NCBI GenBank assembly: GCA_030603365.1
Contig: JAUVXV010000001.1
Coordinates: 416,001-480,000 of the forward strand
DNA: 64,000 nucleotides
Reading direction: 5' to 3'
Source of the DNA: Candidatus Heimdallarchaeota archaeon
Lineage (GTDB): Archaea; Asgardarchaeota; Heimdallarchaeia; Heimdallarchaeales; Heimdallarchaeaceae
Shown: piece by piece, positions 9,563 through 19,773 of the stretch
Layout: each line of letters starts with the position of its first letter
Position numbering within the stretch: position 1 is the stretch's first letter
The notes under the pieces: generated by a model
Told to the model about the DNA's origin: nothing
Seen by the model: the letters and a program-made list of their open reading frames with translations, nothing else
Databases searched by the model: none
Position numbers and translations under genes: made by a program

Positions 9563-11476
9563 TTGAATCTACATTCTAACAAGTATTATGGGTACAGAGG
9601 ACAAATTCTCATAGTTGATTTAGAGGGATCTACTGTCCAAAAAAAACCACTTGATTCGAATTATATTGAAGAATTTTTGGGAGGAAGAGGTTGGGCAATT
9701 AAATACCTCTATGATAATCTTAAACCGAATGTTGATCCACTTGGTCCTGATAATATTCTCATTGTCAGCTTGGGTCCATTAACTGGTACTCTAGCTCCTT
9801 CTTCCGCTCGTTATACAATTGCAGCAAAATCTCCTCTTACTGGAGGGATTGGTTATGCAAATTCTGGAGGTCATTTTGCACCTGAACTAGCATATGCTGG
9901 ATATGATGCCATCTTTATTCATGGTCGTGCAAAATCACCTGTATATCTCTACATCAAAGATGATGAAGTAGAGATTAAAGACGCTGAACATCTGTGGGGA
10001 AAAGATACTTGGGAAACTGATGAAATATTAAGAACAGAACATTCTGAAGATTTCCAAAGTCTTTGTATTGGACAAGGAGGTGAGAATCTTGTCAAATATG
10101 CAGCAATAATAAATAATCTTTCACGTGCTGCTGCAAGGACAGGAGTGGGAGCTGTAATGGGTTCAAAGAATCTCAAAGCTATCACTGTTAAAGGATCGGG
10201 AGCAGTTAGAGTCGCACAACCTAAAACATTCAATGCTTTGATAGATGAAACATTACAAAAAATCTATGATGATCCTGCATACCCAAGTCTTTCTTATTAT
10301 GGAACAGCTTTTCTTGTGGATTTAGCTTATATCAGTGGAGGATTAGCTACAAGAAATAATCAAACTGGTATTTTTGAGAAATATGAATCTATTTCTGCCG
10401 AAACATTTGATGAAGAATATAGAGTAAAATCTGAAAGTTGTTTTGCATGTCCAATTCATTGTGGTAAATACTCAAAGGTTGAATTTGGTAAATACGCAGG
10501 TACCAAAGGTGGAAGTCCTGAATTTGAGACAATCGTGTGTTTGGGATCGAAATGTGGTATTGGGGATTTATCTGTAATTATTAAAGCAAATGAACTTGCT
10601 AATAGATATGGTCTTGATACAATTTCTCTAGGTGATAGTATAGCTTTTGTTATGGAAGCATTCCAAAAAGGGATACTGAGTAAAGAGGATACTGATGGTA
10701 TGGAGGTCGTATGGGGGAATGATGATGCTTTGATATCCTTAATAACAAAAGTAGCTTTTAGAGAAGGGTTTGGGGATCTTCTAGCTGAGGGAACTAAAAG
10801 ACTATCTGAGAAAATAGGAAAAGGTTCTGAAGAATTTGCTCATCATATAAAGGGAATGGAACCTCCAGCTTATGATGTTAGAACAGCAAAAGCTTTTGGT
10901 TTAGGGTGGGCTACTGCAACAAGAGGTGCCGATCATTTAGCCGCTCTACCAAATTTTGAGCTCTTAGGATATGAACCTGAGAAAGGTCTTGAATGGTTTG
11001 GTTCAAAGGATGCAGTTGACCCTCTCTCCTGTAAAGGAAAACCCAAAATGGTTTATTGGCATGAGAATTTCGGTGCTGTTGTCGACTCAGCTGAGATGTG
11101 TAAATATACTTGTTTTTCAGCTTATGCTATTAAGCCAGAGGATATGTCAAAGTTTCTAATTTATGCGACAGGTTTAGATTTCTCTCCTGAAAAATTGATG
11201 TTAATTGGAGAGAGGATATACAATCTTGAACGACTATTTAATCTGAGGGAAGGAAAAGGGATGGAAGAAGATCGATTACCTTCTAGATTTACTGATGAAC
11301 CATTACCTGAAGGTCCATCTAAGGGGAATTATGTCGAGTTAGATAAAATGCTTCCTGAGTATTACAAACTAAGGCAATGGAGTACAGATACAGGTTTACC
11401 AAGCGTTGAATTATTACAATCGCTGAATCTGTTTGATGAGGCCAAAAAATATAACTTAATAGATAAGGAGGAATAA
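9563..11476 (+). CDS. aor: Tungsten-containing aldehyde:ferredoxin oxidoreductase family protein
   Basis: 'GGRG', 'KSPLTG', 'GAVMGSKNLKA', 'CFACPIHC', 'GLDTISLG', 'RGADH', 'EDRLPSRF'; start uncertain (TTG 9563, or 9512). Confidence 0.95.
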   Translation: MNLHSNKYYGYRGQILIVDLEGSTVQKKPLDSNYIEEFLGGRGWAIKYLYDNLKPNVDPLGPDNILIVSLGPLTGTLAPSSARYTIAAKSPLTGGIGYANSGGHFAPELAYAGYDAIFIHGRAKSPVYLYIKDDEVEIKDAEHLWGKDTWETDEILRTEHSEDFQSLCIGQGGENLVKYAAIINNLSRAAARTGVGAVMGSKNLKAITVKGSGAVRVAQPKTFNALIDETLQKIYDDPAYPSLSYYGTAFLVDLAYISGGLATRNNQTGIFEKYESISAETFDEEYRVKSESCFACPIHCGKYSKVEFGKYAGTKGGSPEFETIVCLGSKCGIGDLSVIIKANELANRYGLDTISLGDSIAFVMEAFQKGILSKEDTDGMEVVWGNDDALISLITKVAFREGFGDLLAEGTKRLSEKIGKGSEEFAHHIKGMEPPAYDVRTAKAFGLGWATATRGADHLAALPNFELLGYEPEKGLEWFGSKDAVDPLSCKGKPKMVYWHENFGAVVDSAEMCKYTCFSAYAIKPEDMSKFLIYATGLDFSPEKLMLIGERIYNLERLFNLREGKGMEEDRLPSRFTDEPLPEGPSKGNYVELDKMLPEYYKLRQWSTDTGLPSVELLQSLNLFDEAKKYNLIDKEE

Positions 11477-11479
11477 AAA

Positions 11480-11980
11480 ATGGGGAAATTACAGATGAAA
11501 CGTATTTTTGTCATGGAAGATAGATGTAATGGGTGTAGAATATGCGAACTAAGATGTTCTTTTTATCATGATCAAATGTACTCTCCAACTCTTTCTAGAA
11601 TATATGTTGTCAAAAATGAAATAGAAGGATTCACAAAGCCAAAAACCTGTGTTATTTGCGGAAAATGTATCGAATCTTGCCCAGAAAATGCTATCTCAAA
11701 ATCCGAACTGACTGGAGCTATATCTATAAACGAAGATCAATGCACAGGATGCATGGAATGTGTGAAAGCCTGTCCATTTGAAGTAATGAGATTTAACCAT
11801 GCTACAAATAAAGCATTTACTTGTGATTTGTGTGATGGGGATCCTCAATGTGTTAAATACTGTCCTGAAGAAGCTTTGTTCTATACAACTTCAAAAGAGT
11901 TTTCTGATTTTAAGAAAAAAGAGAACGAAAAGAAAGCTTCTGATAAGATAAAAAAACCTCATGTGATTCCACAAGAATAA
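11480..11980 (+). CDS. 4Fe-4S dicluster ferredoxin-like subunit (AOR-associated)
   Basis: Four Cys clusters (CNGCRICELRC; CVIC..C...CP; CTGCMECVKACP; CDLC...C...CP). Confidence 0.92.
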   Translation: MGKLQMKRIFVMEDRCNGCRICELRCSFYHDQMYSPTLSRIYVVKNEIEGFTKPKTCVICGKCIESCPENAISKSELTGAISINEDQCTGCMECVKACPFEVMRFNHATNKAFTCDLCDGDPQCVKYCPEEALFYTTSKEFSDFKKKENEKKASDKIKKPHVIPQE

Positions 11981-12006
11981 GCTAGTTTCACTTTGTGGTA
12001 AATAGA

Positions 12007-13827
12007 TTATTTTCCATTTTTCAAATCTTCTTCAACTTCCAATAAAATCTCCATATTCTTCTGAAAAATCTCATTGTTAGAACTGATGTCTTTAGCAAAC
12101 CTTACTCTAATAAAAACATAGAAATTCATCGCTACATTTTTGATAATTGATGCTATGGTTTTATACTTAATGACAGAAAAAACTAACACTCCGAAAAGAA
12201 GGAGCCATAATGGTATAAGGTAAACTCCATAAAATAGAGGCCAGTTATTGAACTTTCTTGGATTAGTGAGATTGTAATATTCATCAAGATTCGAAAAACC
12301 ATCGCCATCCGGATCTTGATATGTACTTATTTCGAGTGGATCTAATCTGTATTCCACTTCCCAGTTATCAGGCAAGAGATCATCATCTGTATCATTTTTA
12401 TTCGGGTTAGTATGATAATAATTTGTTTCAATCAAATCGTCCAGAAAATCTCCATCACTATCTGGTCTACCATGATGGAGATAACTGCCACCATAAGTCC
12501 ACCATGAACTTGTAGAATTTGTAGATTCTGATAACTCAAAACAGTAGAGGTCATTCTGAGCAGGTCTAGCAATTATAATTTCCAACTTAGAATCTAGATC
12601 AATATCAGCTACTAGAGGAGGTTCTTTACTCATGCTATCTAGTTCTCTATAGAGCATAAGTTGTCCTAAAAAGTTTAAACCAACAAAATTTTCATTTCCT
12701 TCGGTGAATAATGTTTCCAGTTTTCCATCATTATCTATATCTACTAAAGCAGGACTACCAACAGGTTTTGTTGCGTTAAAATTCCAAACATCTTGTCCTG
12801 TTGAATCAATACAAAAAACTTGACCAAATCTTGTTTCCCAATCATAACTACTTGAAATTATTTCCAGATTTCCATTGTCATTTATATCCGCTATACATGG
12901 ATCATGATACATGAAATTACTTCTGTTATCTGCATGTTTCTGCTGATACGCCCACTCAATTCCTCCTTCGTGATCAAAACAGAATAGTTTGAAGGTACTT
13001 CCAATACATATTTCCAAAGTGCCGTCATTATCAAGATCAGCTATGCTAAACAAAGCATCTCCTCGTAATGTTGGAGAAGCGATCCATTTTTGTTCTCCTT
13101 GTTGGGAAATACAATGTAGTTTGTAATCGTTTCCAATAAGAAGGATTTCAATTTCTCCATCATTATCAAGATCTGCAATAGTTGGTGCTCCCCCTAAAAT
13201 ATCTGTCCAAAATCCAGCGTAATCTAATTCAAGATTGAATTCTTTCACAAATTCTCCATTGCGATTTAAAAGAAAAGGTTGACTAATTGTTTTTGCAGTT
13301 GATATGAGAATATCCAAATGATCATCGCCATCTATGTCAAAAATACAGGGGGTAAAATCCTCTAATTCATAATTAGTAGTGTATTCCCATCTCTTTAATC
13401 CCTGAGAATTCAAACAAATTATCGAAGATTTTCCTGTTAGTATAATGTCGGGTTTTCCATCCTCATTCAAGTCAGCTATAACAATTTTACCAGTTAAAGT
13501 ACTTTTCAGATAAGCTCCCCATCTCAAGCTCCCATCGGAATTTATACAATATAAATCGTGGGGGGTCGCAATTAAAATTTCTTTGAACCCATCCCTCTCC
13601 AAATCTGCAAGTAAAGGTGATCCGATAATATCTTTATTTAAAGCAGTTATCCACGAAGTTTCTAAATACTCTGTTCCAACTAAGCCATCATCTAAACCTT
13701 TTCCAGAAATAGGCTGATAGAGTACTAAAGATGAAAGGAATAATACCTGAATTACCATAGTTATGAGTTTTAAGTGCTTAGCCTTTGCCTTGTTCACCCT
13801 AACAACCATATTAACATGTGTGTTCAA
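12007..13827 (-). CDS. Membrane-anchored FG-GAP/VCBS beta-propeller protein with thrombospondin type-3-like Ca-binding repeats
   Basis: About 8 'ADLDNDGxxEI' repeats, 'DSDGD.L.D..E', 'DTDDDLLPDNWE', 'DPDGDGFSNLDE'; signal-like N-terminus and C-terminal TM; true start probably downstream. Confidence 0.88.
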   Translation of the reverse strand: MNTHVNMVVRVNKAKAKHLKLITMVIQVLFLSSLVLYQPISGKGLDDGLVGTEYLETSWITALNKDIIGSPLLADLERDGFKEILIATPHDLYCINSDGSLRWGAYLKSTLTGKIVIADLNEDGKPDIILTGKSSIICLNSQGLKRWEYTTNYELEDFTPCIFDIDGDDHLDILISTAKTISQPFLLNRNGEFVKEFNLELDYAGFWTDILGGAPTIADLDNDGEIEILLIGNDYKLHCISQQGEQKWIASPTLRGDALFSIADLDNDGTLEICIGSTFKLFCFDHEGGIEWAYQQKHADNRSNFMYHDPCIADINDNGNLEIISSSYDWETRFGQVFCIDSTGQDVWNFNATKPVGSPALVDIDNDGKLETLFTEGNENFVGLNFLGQLMLYRELDSMSKEPPLVADIDLDSKLEIIIARPAQNDLYCFELSESTNSTSSWWTYGGSYLHHGRPDSDGDFLDDLIETNYYHTNPNKNDTDDDLLPDNWEVEYRLDPLEISTYQDPDGDGFSNLDEYYNLTNPRKFNNWPLFYGVYLIPLWLLLFGVLVFSVIKYKTIASIIKNVAMNFYVFIRVRFAKDISSNNEIFQKNMEILLEVEEDLKNGK

Positions 13828-13871
13828 GCAGTTAAAAACATAATTAAAAGAACATTATTTGACGTTAGAGT

Positions 13872-14150
13872 TTATCCACCAGCTATCGCAGGCATTAATA
13901 CTACCATATCATCCTCATGTAATTCTGTATTGAAGCCATCTAGAAGATTGATATTACGTGCATTTACCAAAATTCTGTAAATCTTACGTATCTCTCCTTT
14001 TTCGTTGAGTAACTCTTGTTCAAGTTCGGGACCAAATTCCTTGATTAGTTTCTCTATTAGGTCTTTAATCATAGTAGCTTCATAATCAAATTGTTTCTTA
14101 CCTATTATTTGTTTAAGCCTAGCAAAAGTAACAACAACTATTTTTACCAT
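13872..14150 (-). CDS. MoaD/ThiS/SAMP ubiquitin-like sulfur carrier
   Basis: 'ILVNARNI...TEL...D.VVLMPAIAGG' with C-terminal GG. Confidence 0.92.
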   Translation of the reverse strand: MVKIVVVTFARLKQIIGKKQFDYEATMIKDLIEKLIKEFGPELEQELLNEKGEIRKIYRILVNARNINLLDGFNTELHEDDMVVLMPAIAGG

Positions 14151-14218
14151 TTCAATCCCAATTATCCATATGTTTACTAAATCTATAACTTATTTATCCT
14201 ATTCAAAATTAAAAATAT

Positions 14219-16162
14219 TTATCTTTTACTTGGAAAAATCATCTTAGCAATTTCTTCAATCATGATTTTAGAATCCGAAACTAATGCTCTTGAGCTCTTA
14301 ATGGATTTAATTAGTTCTTCCCAAACTGAAGTGGATGTTCCTATTATTTTTGAAAATGCTTCCAATTTCTGAGATGCAGAATAGGTTTGACCTCTTATTA
14401 CATATCCAAAGAAGAGAGGTTTCTTAGGTTTAATCAAGACAGTATATTCTTGATGTTTAATTCTTTCAACCGAGCCTTGTGATGAGAACGTTTCTTTACA
14501 GAAATTTATTATCGCAGCTAAGAACCCCCCTATTAAAACACCATCTAATTGACTTCCTTCAAGAAAATTTTTGGTATACAAAGGTGTTCCTGAATCGGCT
14601 AGAATTAGAAGCATAACTGGTTCTTCGTTTATTAATTGAGGGAATTCAACATCTCCTTTATTACTTAAACTTACCATCAATTCTCCAAATCTAGTTAATT
14701 CTAGTCTATCTTTTAAACTTGCATTTTTACTAATCAAATCTTCCCAATCACTCAATTGTTCAAGCAAAACATCATGCTCATTAGAGATTTTCATAGCTAA
14801 ATGCTTGAGATTTTTGTCATCAGCAATTTGTTCAGCTTGTGTAAGTAAGATTCTAGCTTGTACTAAATCAAGGTCGATTAGAGCAAGCTGACTTTGTAAT
14901 AAGTAAGTTCTTGCTAATAACGTAAATGAATTTTGATGGTCAGCGATTTCTGAAAGACTGTCTACCATGGACTTAATTAAATCCAATAACTCTTGATCTC
15001 CTGACATTTTGAGTTCTTCTAAGAGTAGTTCAATAAAATTAAGAAGAGCGGTTATGGTTAAGGAGTGATCTAGAACATCTTCTTCTAAAATCTCTTGAAA
15101 CAATTCTTGAGCTCTAACTTTGTCCTTCATTCTGGTACTGAGTTTCAAAAAGTGAGCTTCTGCTATTCTGCAAATTTGATCTATGAATTCATTCGTTTCT
15201 TTATTATTAATCCTGATAATTCTATCTAAATATCTCTTAGCTCTTTCTTTCATTTGAGCATCCAAAGAAACTGTGACTAATCCATATAATGACAATACAA
15301 TATCTGCCTTATTTCCGATTCTCTCTCTCAGGTACAAACTCTCTTTATAGTATAGTGTTGCTGTTTCCCAGTCTCCTCTTTGTTGGTAAATATCTCCAAT
15401 GTTACATAAGACCAAAGCAGTATATTGTTCATTTCCTATTCCTTCCCATAACTTGAGACATTGCTTGAAGTAATCTAAAGCCTTGTCAATTTCCCCTTTA
15501 TACATGTAGAGATTGCCAATGTTGTTCAAAGATGTAGCTATGTCATCATCATTTCCAAGTTCTTTGTAAATGGGTAAACTTTGTTCATAATACTCCAATG
15601 CTTTATCTAACTCACCCTTGGTCCTGTGGAGTACACCAATGTTGTTTAAAATAGTACTAATTTCTTTTTTATCTTCAAGTTCAATCCATATTGCCTGACT
15701 TTCAGTATAGAATTCTAGTGCTTTACCATGATTGCCTTTAGATTGGAAAATAACTCCTTTTAGCTTTGCAATACTTGCTTTTCGTTTTTTAATCTCCTTG
15801 CTATTTCCATTTCTAATAGTTTCAAGAATTTCTTCATTTTGTTTAAGTGTCTCTAATGCTTGGTTTAATCTCCCAAGTCTCCAAAGCGAATATGCTTTTT
15901 CAATAATTGTGTCCATTGATAGATAAAGAAAATTCTTGTTCATGCTTTCTTGAGAAGTAAGTTCTAACAACTCAAGTGCTAGATTATATTTGCCTATTTT
16001 GTTGAATATAGTACTCTTACATATTTGACAACTAATTTGCTCTTTAGCCTTTAAACCATTAGATTTTTCGAGAGTTTCCACTATTTGAAGAGCTTCTTCA
16101 TATTTTCCTTTAACAATTAACTGATCAGCTCTAGCAAGCTGGTTTGTGTTTGAACCAACCAA
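14219..16162 (-). CDS. TPR-repeat protein with a C-terminal longin/roadblock-like domain
   Basis: 'LNNIG.L....G..DKAL.Y' TPRs; C-terminal 'LLILADSGTPLY...LIGGFLAAI..F..E.F'. Confidence 0.88.
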   Translation of the reverse strand: MVGSNTNQLARADQLIVKGKYEEALQIVETLEKSNGLKAKEQISCQICKSTIFNKIGKYNLALELLELTSQESMNKNFLYLSMDTIIEKAYSLWRLGRLNQALETLKQNEEILETIRNGNSKEIKKRKASIAKLKGVIFQSKGNHGKALEFYTESQAIWIELEDKKEISTILNNIGVLHRTKGELDKALEYYEQSLPIYKELGNDDDIATSLNNIGNLYMYKGEIDKALDYFKQCLKLWEGIGNEQYTALVLCNIGDIYQQRGDWETATLYYKESLYLRERIGNKADIVLSLYGLVTVSLDAQMKERAKRYLDRIIRINNKETNEFIDQICRIAEAHFLKLSTRMKDKVRAQELFQEILEEDVLDHSLTITALLNFIELLLEELKMSGDQELLDLIKSMVDSLSEIADHQNSFTLLARTYLLQSQLALIDLDLVQARILLTQAEQIADDKNLKHLAMKISNEHDVLLEQLSDWEDLISKNASLKDRLELTRFGELMVSLSNKGDVEFPQLINEEPVMLLILADSGTPLYTKNFLEGSQLDGVLIGGFLAAIINFCKETFSSQGSVERIKHQEYTVLIKPKKPLFFGYVIRGQTYSASQKLEAFSKIIGTSTSVWEELIKSIKSSRALVSDSKIMIEEIAKMIFPSKR

Positions 16163-16242
16163 TGAAACCCCTAATAATATACTATACCAATTACAATTAA
16201 TAAACTTACGAAGAAGGTAATGAAAAAATAACTGTTTGTTTT

Positions 16243-16491
16243 TCAGCTGTTTGGGTATTTCTCTTTTAAAATCTGCATTGCTTCAGAAATAGTTAAACTG
16301 GCTAATTCTTTAGCAGTTTCATAATGTTCTCCACAGAACCACTCCGCATAAGGTGGGTGCCCAACAGCTCCTTTTCTTTCCATCTCTTTAATCCATTTTT
16401 TATCGCTTTTGCGTTTCTTAAAATAGATTACACCACCTTCGTCTGAATGGGGGAACCTTTTATCACAAATTGTGCAAATAGGCGGTTTCAT
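16243..16491 (-). CDS. Small putative Zn-binding protein
   Basis: 82 aa; 'PPICTIC' ... 'GHPP..EWFCGEH' (C2-CH ligand set). Confidence 0.75.
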   Translation of the reverse strand: MKPPICTICDKRFPHSDEGGVIYFKKRKSDKKWIKEMERKGAVGHPPYAEWFCGEHYETAKELASLTISEAMQILKEKYPNS

Positions 16492-16514
16492 TGCTCTTTA
16501 CCACGCACGTTATG

Positions 16515-16876
16515 AAACTTGGTCAAACTTGCCAGAGGGCGTTTAACCGTCGTTTAAGTGGATCCCCTCACGTGCGTTGAGGGGAAGAATCATGAGGATC
16601 ATGATTGAGGGAGGAAAGAAGGGAGTGCGCATGAACTCCTACGTCATTCCACCCATTGCGCGAAGTGCTGAATGGTTCAAACATTACTAACTGAGGGACA
16701 GGTGGTCACGCACCTGCGAACCATAGAAAGGTGAGTATTCACCTAGCACTACCTATATATCCGTACTTTCACATATAAACTCGTAGAAAAATGGAGGATG
16801 GGGGAAGCACCATCTCTCTCGCTTGAGAACGCAATATACGCACACTAGAAAACTTATGGCAAGATTGAGTAAGTTC
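16515..16876 (-). ncRNA. Candidate ~360-nt structured RNA (free ncRNA or 5' leader); alternatively a MITE-like element
   Basis: GC-richer, ORF-free gap; ~20-bp end-to-end helix (16515-16534 with 16857-16876); 6 or more internal helices; TATA-like TTTATAA at 16910-16904 on the minus strand. Confidence 0.6.
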
Positions 16877-16928
16877 TTATGCTTCAGTCATCTACGGTGT
16901 TTCTTATAAAAAGATTTAGGGCATTTCA

Positions 16929-17813
16929 TCATTCTAATCTTATGCTTCTTCTAATAGCAGTCATAGTTTCTGTTGCCATTAATCTGTTGTTTGGGTCTTC
17001 ATCATTTCTAGCAATTTCCCCTAATATATCTATAGCATTGGGTTCCTTTAGAACACCGATATTGCTTATTGCTTCAAATCTTACTCTTGCATTATCATCA
17101 TCTAAAGCTTTTAGATTAATTTCATACATTCGGGGGTCTTCAATTTCTCCTAAGTCTATTAATTTTCTTAGTTCTTGAAGAGCAAGTAATCTGATTTCCC
17201 AATCAATGTCTTCATAGGCTTTTTCTAGATGTGGAACAGGATTTCCCTCAACTCGATAAGTTAAGAACTCTACAGCTACTTCTTTAACTAGTTTGTTTGC
17301 ATCTAATACAAAACGAGCAACTAAGGACGCTGGAACTTTTATTGGAAAATGAAGTAAGGTAGTTTTAGCTTCCTCTCTAACTGATTCAGTGCTGTCTTTT
17401 AATGATCCAAATAAAGGCTCTATCATTGTCATATCATCAAAATTCTTTAGTTCTTTTGCAGCAGAATATCGTACTTGGGGATTCTCATCATTAAGTCCAA
17501 AGGTAATGAATCGAACCGTATCAGGATTTCCATGCTTTCCAAATGATGAAATTGCAGCTTGTCTCACTTCCCAATCTGAATCTTCTAATGCTTGAGATAG
17601 AGCAACTGAAGCTTTACTATATTCAACTTCACCAAGGATTTCAGCAGCATAACTCCTAACATCAGTATCGCTGTCTTTCAAGGCTTGAATAATAGTTTGG
17701 ATAGCAAGATCAGAATCAATAAAAGGAATTAGCTGCTCCAAAGCCAATTGTCGGAGAGCTGGATTATCGTTTTCTAGTAACTTGATAATTTTCTGTATTT
17801 GTTCCTCAGTCAT
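16929..17813 (-). CDS. HEAT-repeat (PBS lyase-type) protein
   Basis: Many 'L.D....VR..AA..LG' repeats. Confidence 0.92.
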   Translation of the reverse strand: MTEEQIQKIIKLLENDNPALRQLALEQLIPFIDSDLAIQTIIQALKDSDTDVRSYAAEILGEVEYSKASVALSQALEDSDWEVRQAAISSFGKHGNPDTVRFITFGLNDENPQVRYSAAKELKNFDDMTMIEPLFGSLKDSTESVREEAKTTLLHFPIKVPASLVARFVLDANKLVKEVAVEFLTYRVEGNPVPHLEKAYEDIDWEIRLLALQELRKLIDLGEIEDPRMYEINLKALDDDNARVRFEAISNIGVLKEPNAIDILGEIARNDEDPNNRLMATETMTAIRRSIRLE

Positions 17814-17980
17814 TTTTTATCTCTCGTTTAGTTATTCTTCCTTAATCATCTGTGGGATTCTTGAAATTTAAGATTACTGGAAGTATTCGATTTAGACTAT
17901 AACTTTCATTGCAAAGTTTTATATAAAGTTGAAAATACTTTGGTTACTGTCATCGAGAAACAACTTGAGGGTCTTATAGT

Positions 17981-19429
17981 ATGCTTACAAATAGACAAAA
18001 GATTTACTATGCTATCTGTCGATTTGGTTCTACGATTTTACTAAATGTGGTTTTTATAGCTACTTTCTGGATGTATACAAACCAAGTTGAGTTGGACCCT
18101 ATTCTCAATGGTGTAGGTAACGCAGTAGGAAAACTGGTAATTGGAATTTCTTCACTACTCTTTGGTTATTTATCAGATTCTCTTTCCTCCTCTAAAGCTA
18201 GAATGGGGAGGAGAAAGTTATTTATTTGGACAGGGGCACCAGCACTAGCACTATCATTTGTTATGCTTTTTACTCCTCAACTCTTCATCCCAGCAAGTAG
18301 TCAAACAATAAAATTCGTTTGGTTATTAGTTTGGAATGCCTTATTTCATTTATTTTATGGCTATCTGCTAATACCTTTTCAAAGCTGGATGCCGGAAATA
18401 ACAAATGAAGAGGAAAGAGTACAAGTCTCAGGTTTGCAGAATTCAGTAAATCTAGTAGGTAGTGCAGTAGGTTCAGGTTTTGTTCTGATTATGTCTGGTT
18501 TCATAAAAGATGATCCACAAGGAATTTATGGTCCTGCAGGAACTTATCTTCTGGTTTTTGCTCTAATCTTTGCAGTAATAGAGATGATATTCTTCTTACC
18601 TGCTTTGCTGAAAATTAAAGAAAAGAAAGTTGTACACGAACGCAGACAACTATTTAGTGAAATTAAAGTTGCTCTAAGAAATCGTAATTACATGATTTGG
18701 GTAGGTGGTTTTACAGTATTAAATGTTGGAGTAACCTTGCTAACGGCTCTGATGATAGACTTTATAGAACAGGTTTTAGGTGTGGTTAGTGCATTACAAA
18801 AATTTCTCTTTGGAACAATTATGTTTTTAGTTGTAATTATTAGTTTCTTTTTCTGGTCACGATTTTCTAAACGATTTGGAAAGAAATGGTCTCTTATATT
18901 TTCCTTTTCATTCCTATTGTTTTGGATGCCTCTAACACCTTTAGTAGGTAAAATACCAGTTATCCCTCCAGTGGTCCAAGGCTATGTTTTTGGAGTAATA
19001 GCTTTATTTGGAATGTCATCAGCTTATCTTTTTCCATATGCAATTTTGGCTGATTTTGCTGACGAAGATGAAAGAAAAACAGCTGAAAATCGATCTGGTA
19101 TGTATACAGGATTCAAGAGTTTACCATTCAATATAGCTCAAGCAACTGGATTCATACTCGCTGGATTTATGAGGAGTTGGTCAATAGAAAAAATGTTTGG
19201 TTATGTGGGTATTGGAGTTGTGAGTAACAGGATTACTGGTATAAGTGATAGCACTACCCCCCTAGGACTTATTTGGTTAGGACCTATAGTAACTATATTC
19301 TTAGCTTTATCTATTCCTATCCTTTGGCAAGGTGATTTTGATCCTTTCCTCAAAGATGAAAGAGTAAAGAAAACTTCAATTTTCAAACAAATATTCAATA
19401 GAAATAAAGTAAATAAAAGTGAAGATTAG
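17981..19429 (+). CDS. MFS transporter (glycoside-pentoside-hexuronide/MelB-like)
   Basis: About 12 TM helices; 'GYLSD...GRRK', 'PFQSWMPEIT..ER', 'RSGMYTG'. Confidence 0.9.
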   Translation: MLTNRQKIYYAICRFGSTILLNVVFIATFWMYTNQVELDPILNGVGNAVGKLVIGISSLLFGYLSDSLSSSKARMGRRKLFIWTGAPALALSFVMLFTPQLFIPASSQTIKFVWLLVWNALFHLFYGYLLIPFQSWMPEITNEEERVQVSGLQNSVNLVGSAVGSGFVLIMSGFIKDDPQGIYGPAGTYLLVFALIFAVIEMIFFLPALLKIKEKKVVHERRQLFSEIKVALRNRNYMIWVGGFTVLNVGVTLLTALMIDFIEQVLGVVSALQKFLFGTIMFLVVIISFFFWSRFSKRFGKKWSLIFSFSFLLFWMPLTPLVGKIPVIPPVVQGYVFGVIALFGMSSAYLFPYAILADFADEDERKTAENRSGMYTGFKSLPFNIAQATGFILAGFMRSWSIEKMFGYVGIGVVSNRITGISDSTTPLGLIWLGPIVTIFLALSIPILWQGDFDPFLKDERVKKTSIFKQIFNRNKVNKSED

Positions 19430-19548
19430 TAGTTAAACACACCATATCTTGCTGCTTGAGTTAGTTGGGTTGTTCTGCTTAACTCATTTGCTAACCTTTG
19501 ATTTAGTCTGTAGTTTTTTTGTTTTTCAGTTTTGATTTTTATTGCCAT
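19426..19548 (-). CDS. Small basic protein, 40 aa (MAIKIKTEKQKNYRLNQRLANELSRTTQLTQAARYGVFNY)
   Basis: Not in the ORF track; ATG preceded by a GGTG SD-like motif and an AT-rich box; stop overlaps the convergent MFS stop. Confidence 0.45.
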   Translation of the reverse strand: MAIKIKTEKQKNYRLNQRLANELSRTTQLTQAARYGVFNY

Positions 19549-19773
19549 TTTTTTTGCACCTATGATTACATAGAAACATCGTTTATTAAGCATTTATTTA
19601 ATTAATTCGAACAACAGTTAAACTAAAGAGTCAAAACACGAAACCAGATTTTAGAATCAATAAGTAAGAGAATTAAGATAATAATATGAGAAGTTCATGT
19701 TTTAAACCGAATGGTTAAAGCTTGAAAAATGGACAGCACGCAAAGTTTAAGACAGAAATAAAGAAGTCAACTT

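Noticed and set aside
16515-16876. Calling the structured RNA RNase P, SRP RNA or a group I/II intron
   Set aside because: GAGGAAAG is present on + but lacks the UCC/P4 partner; no SRP helix-8 motif, group II domain V or group I P7 core was found by eye.
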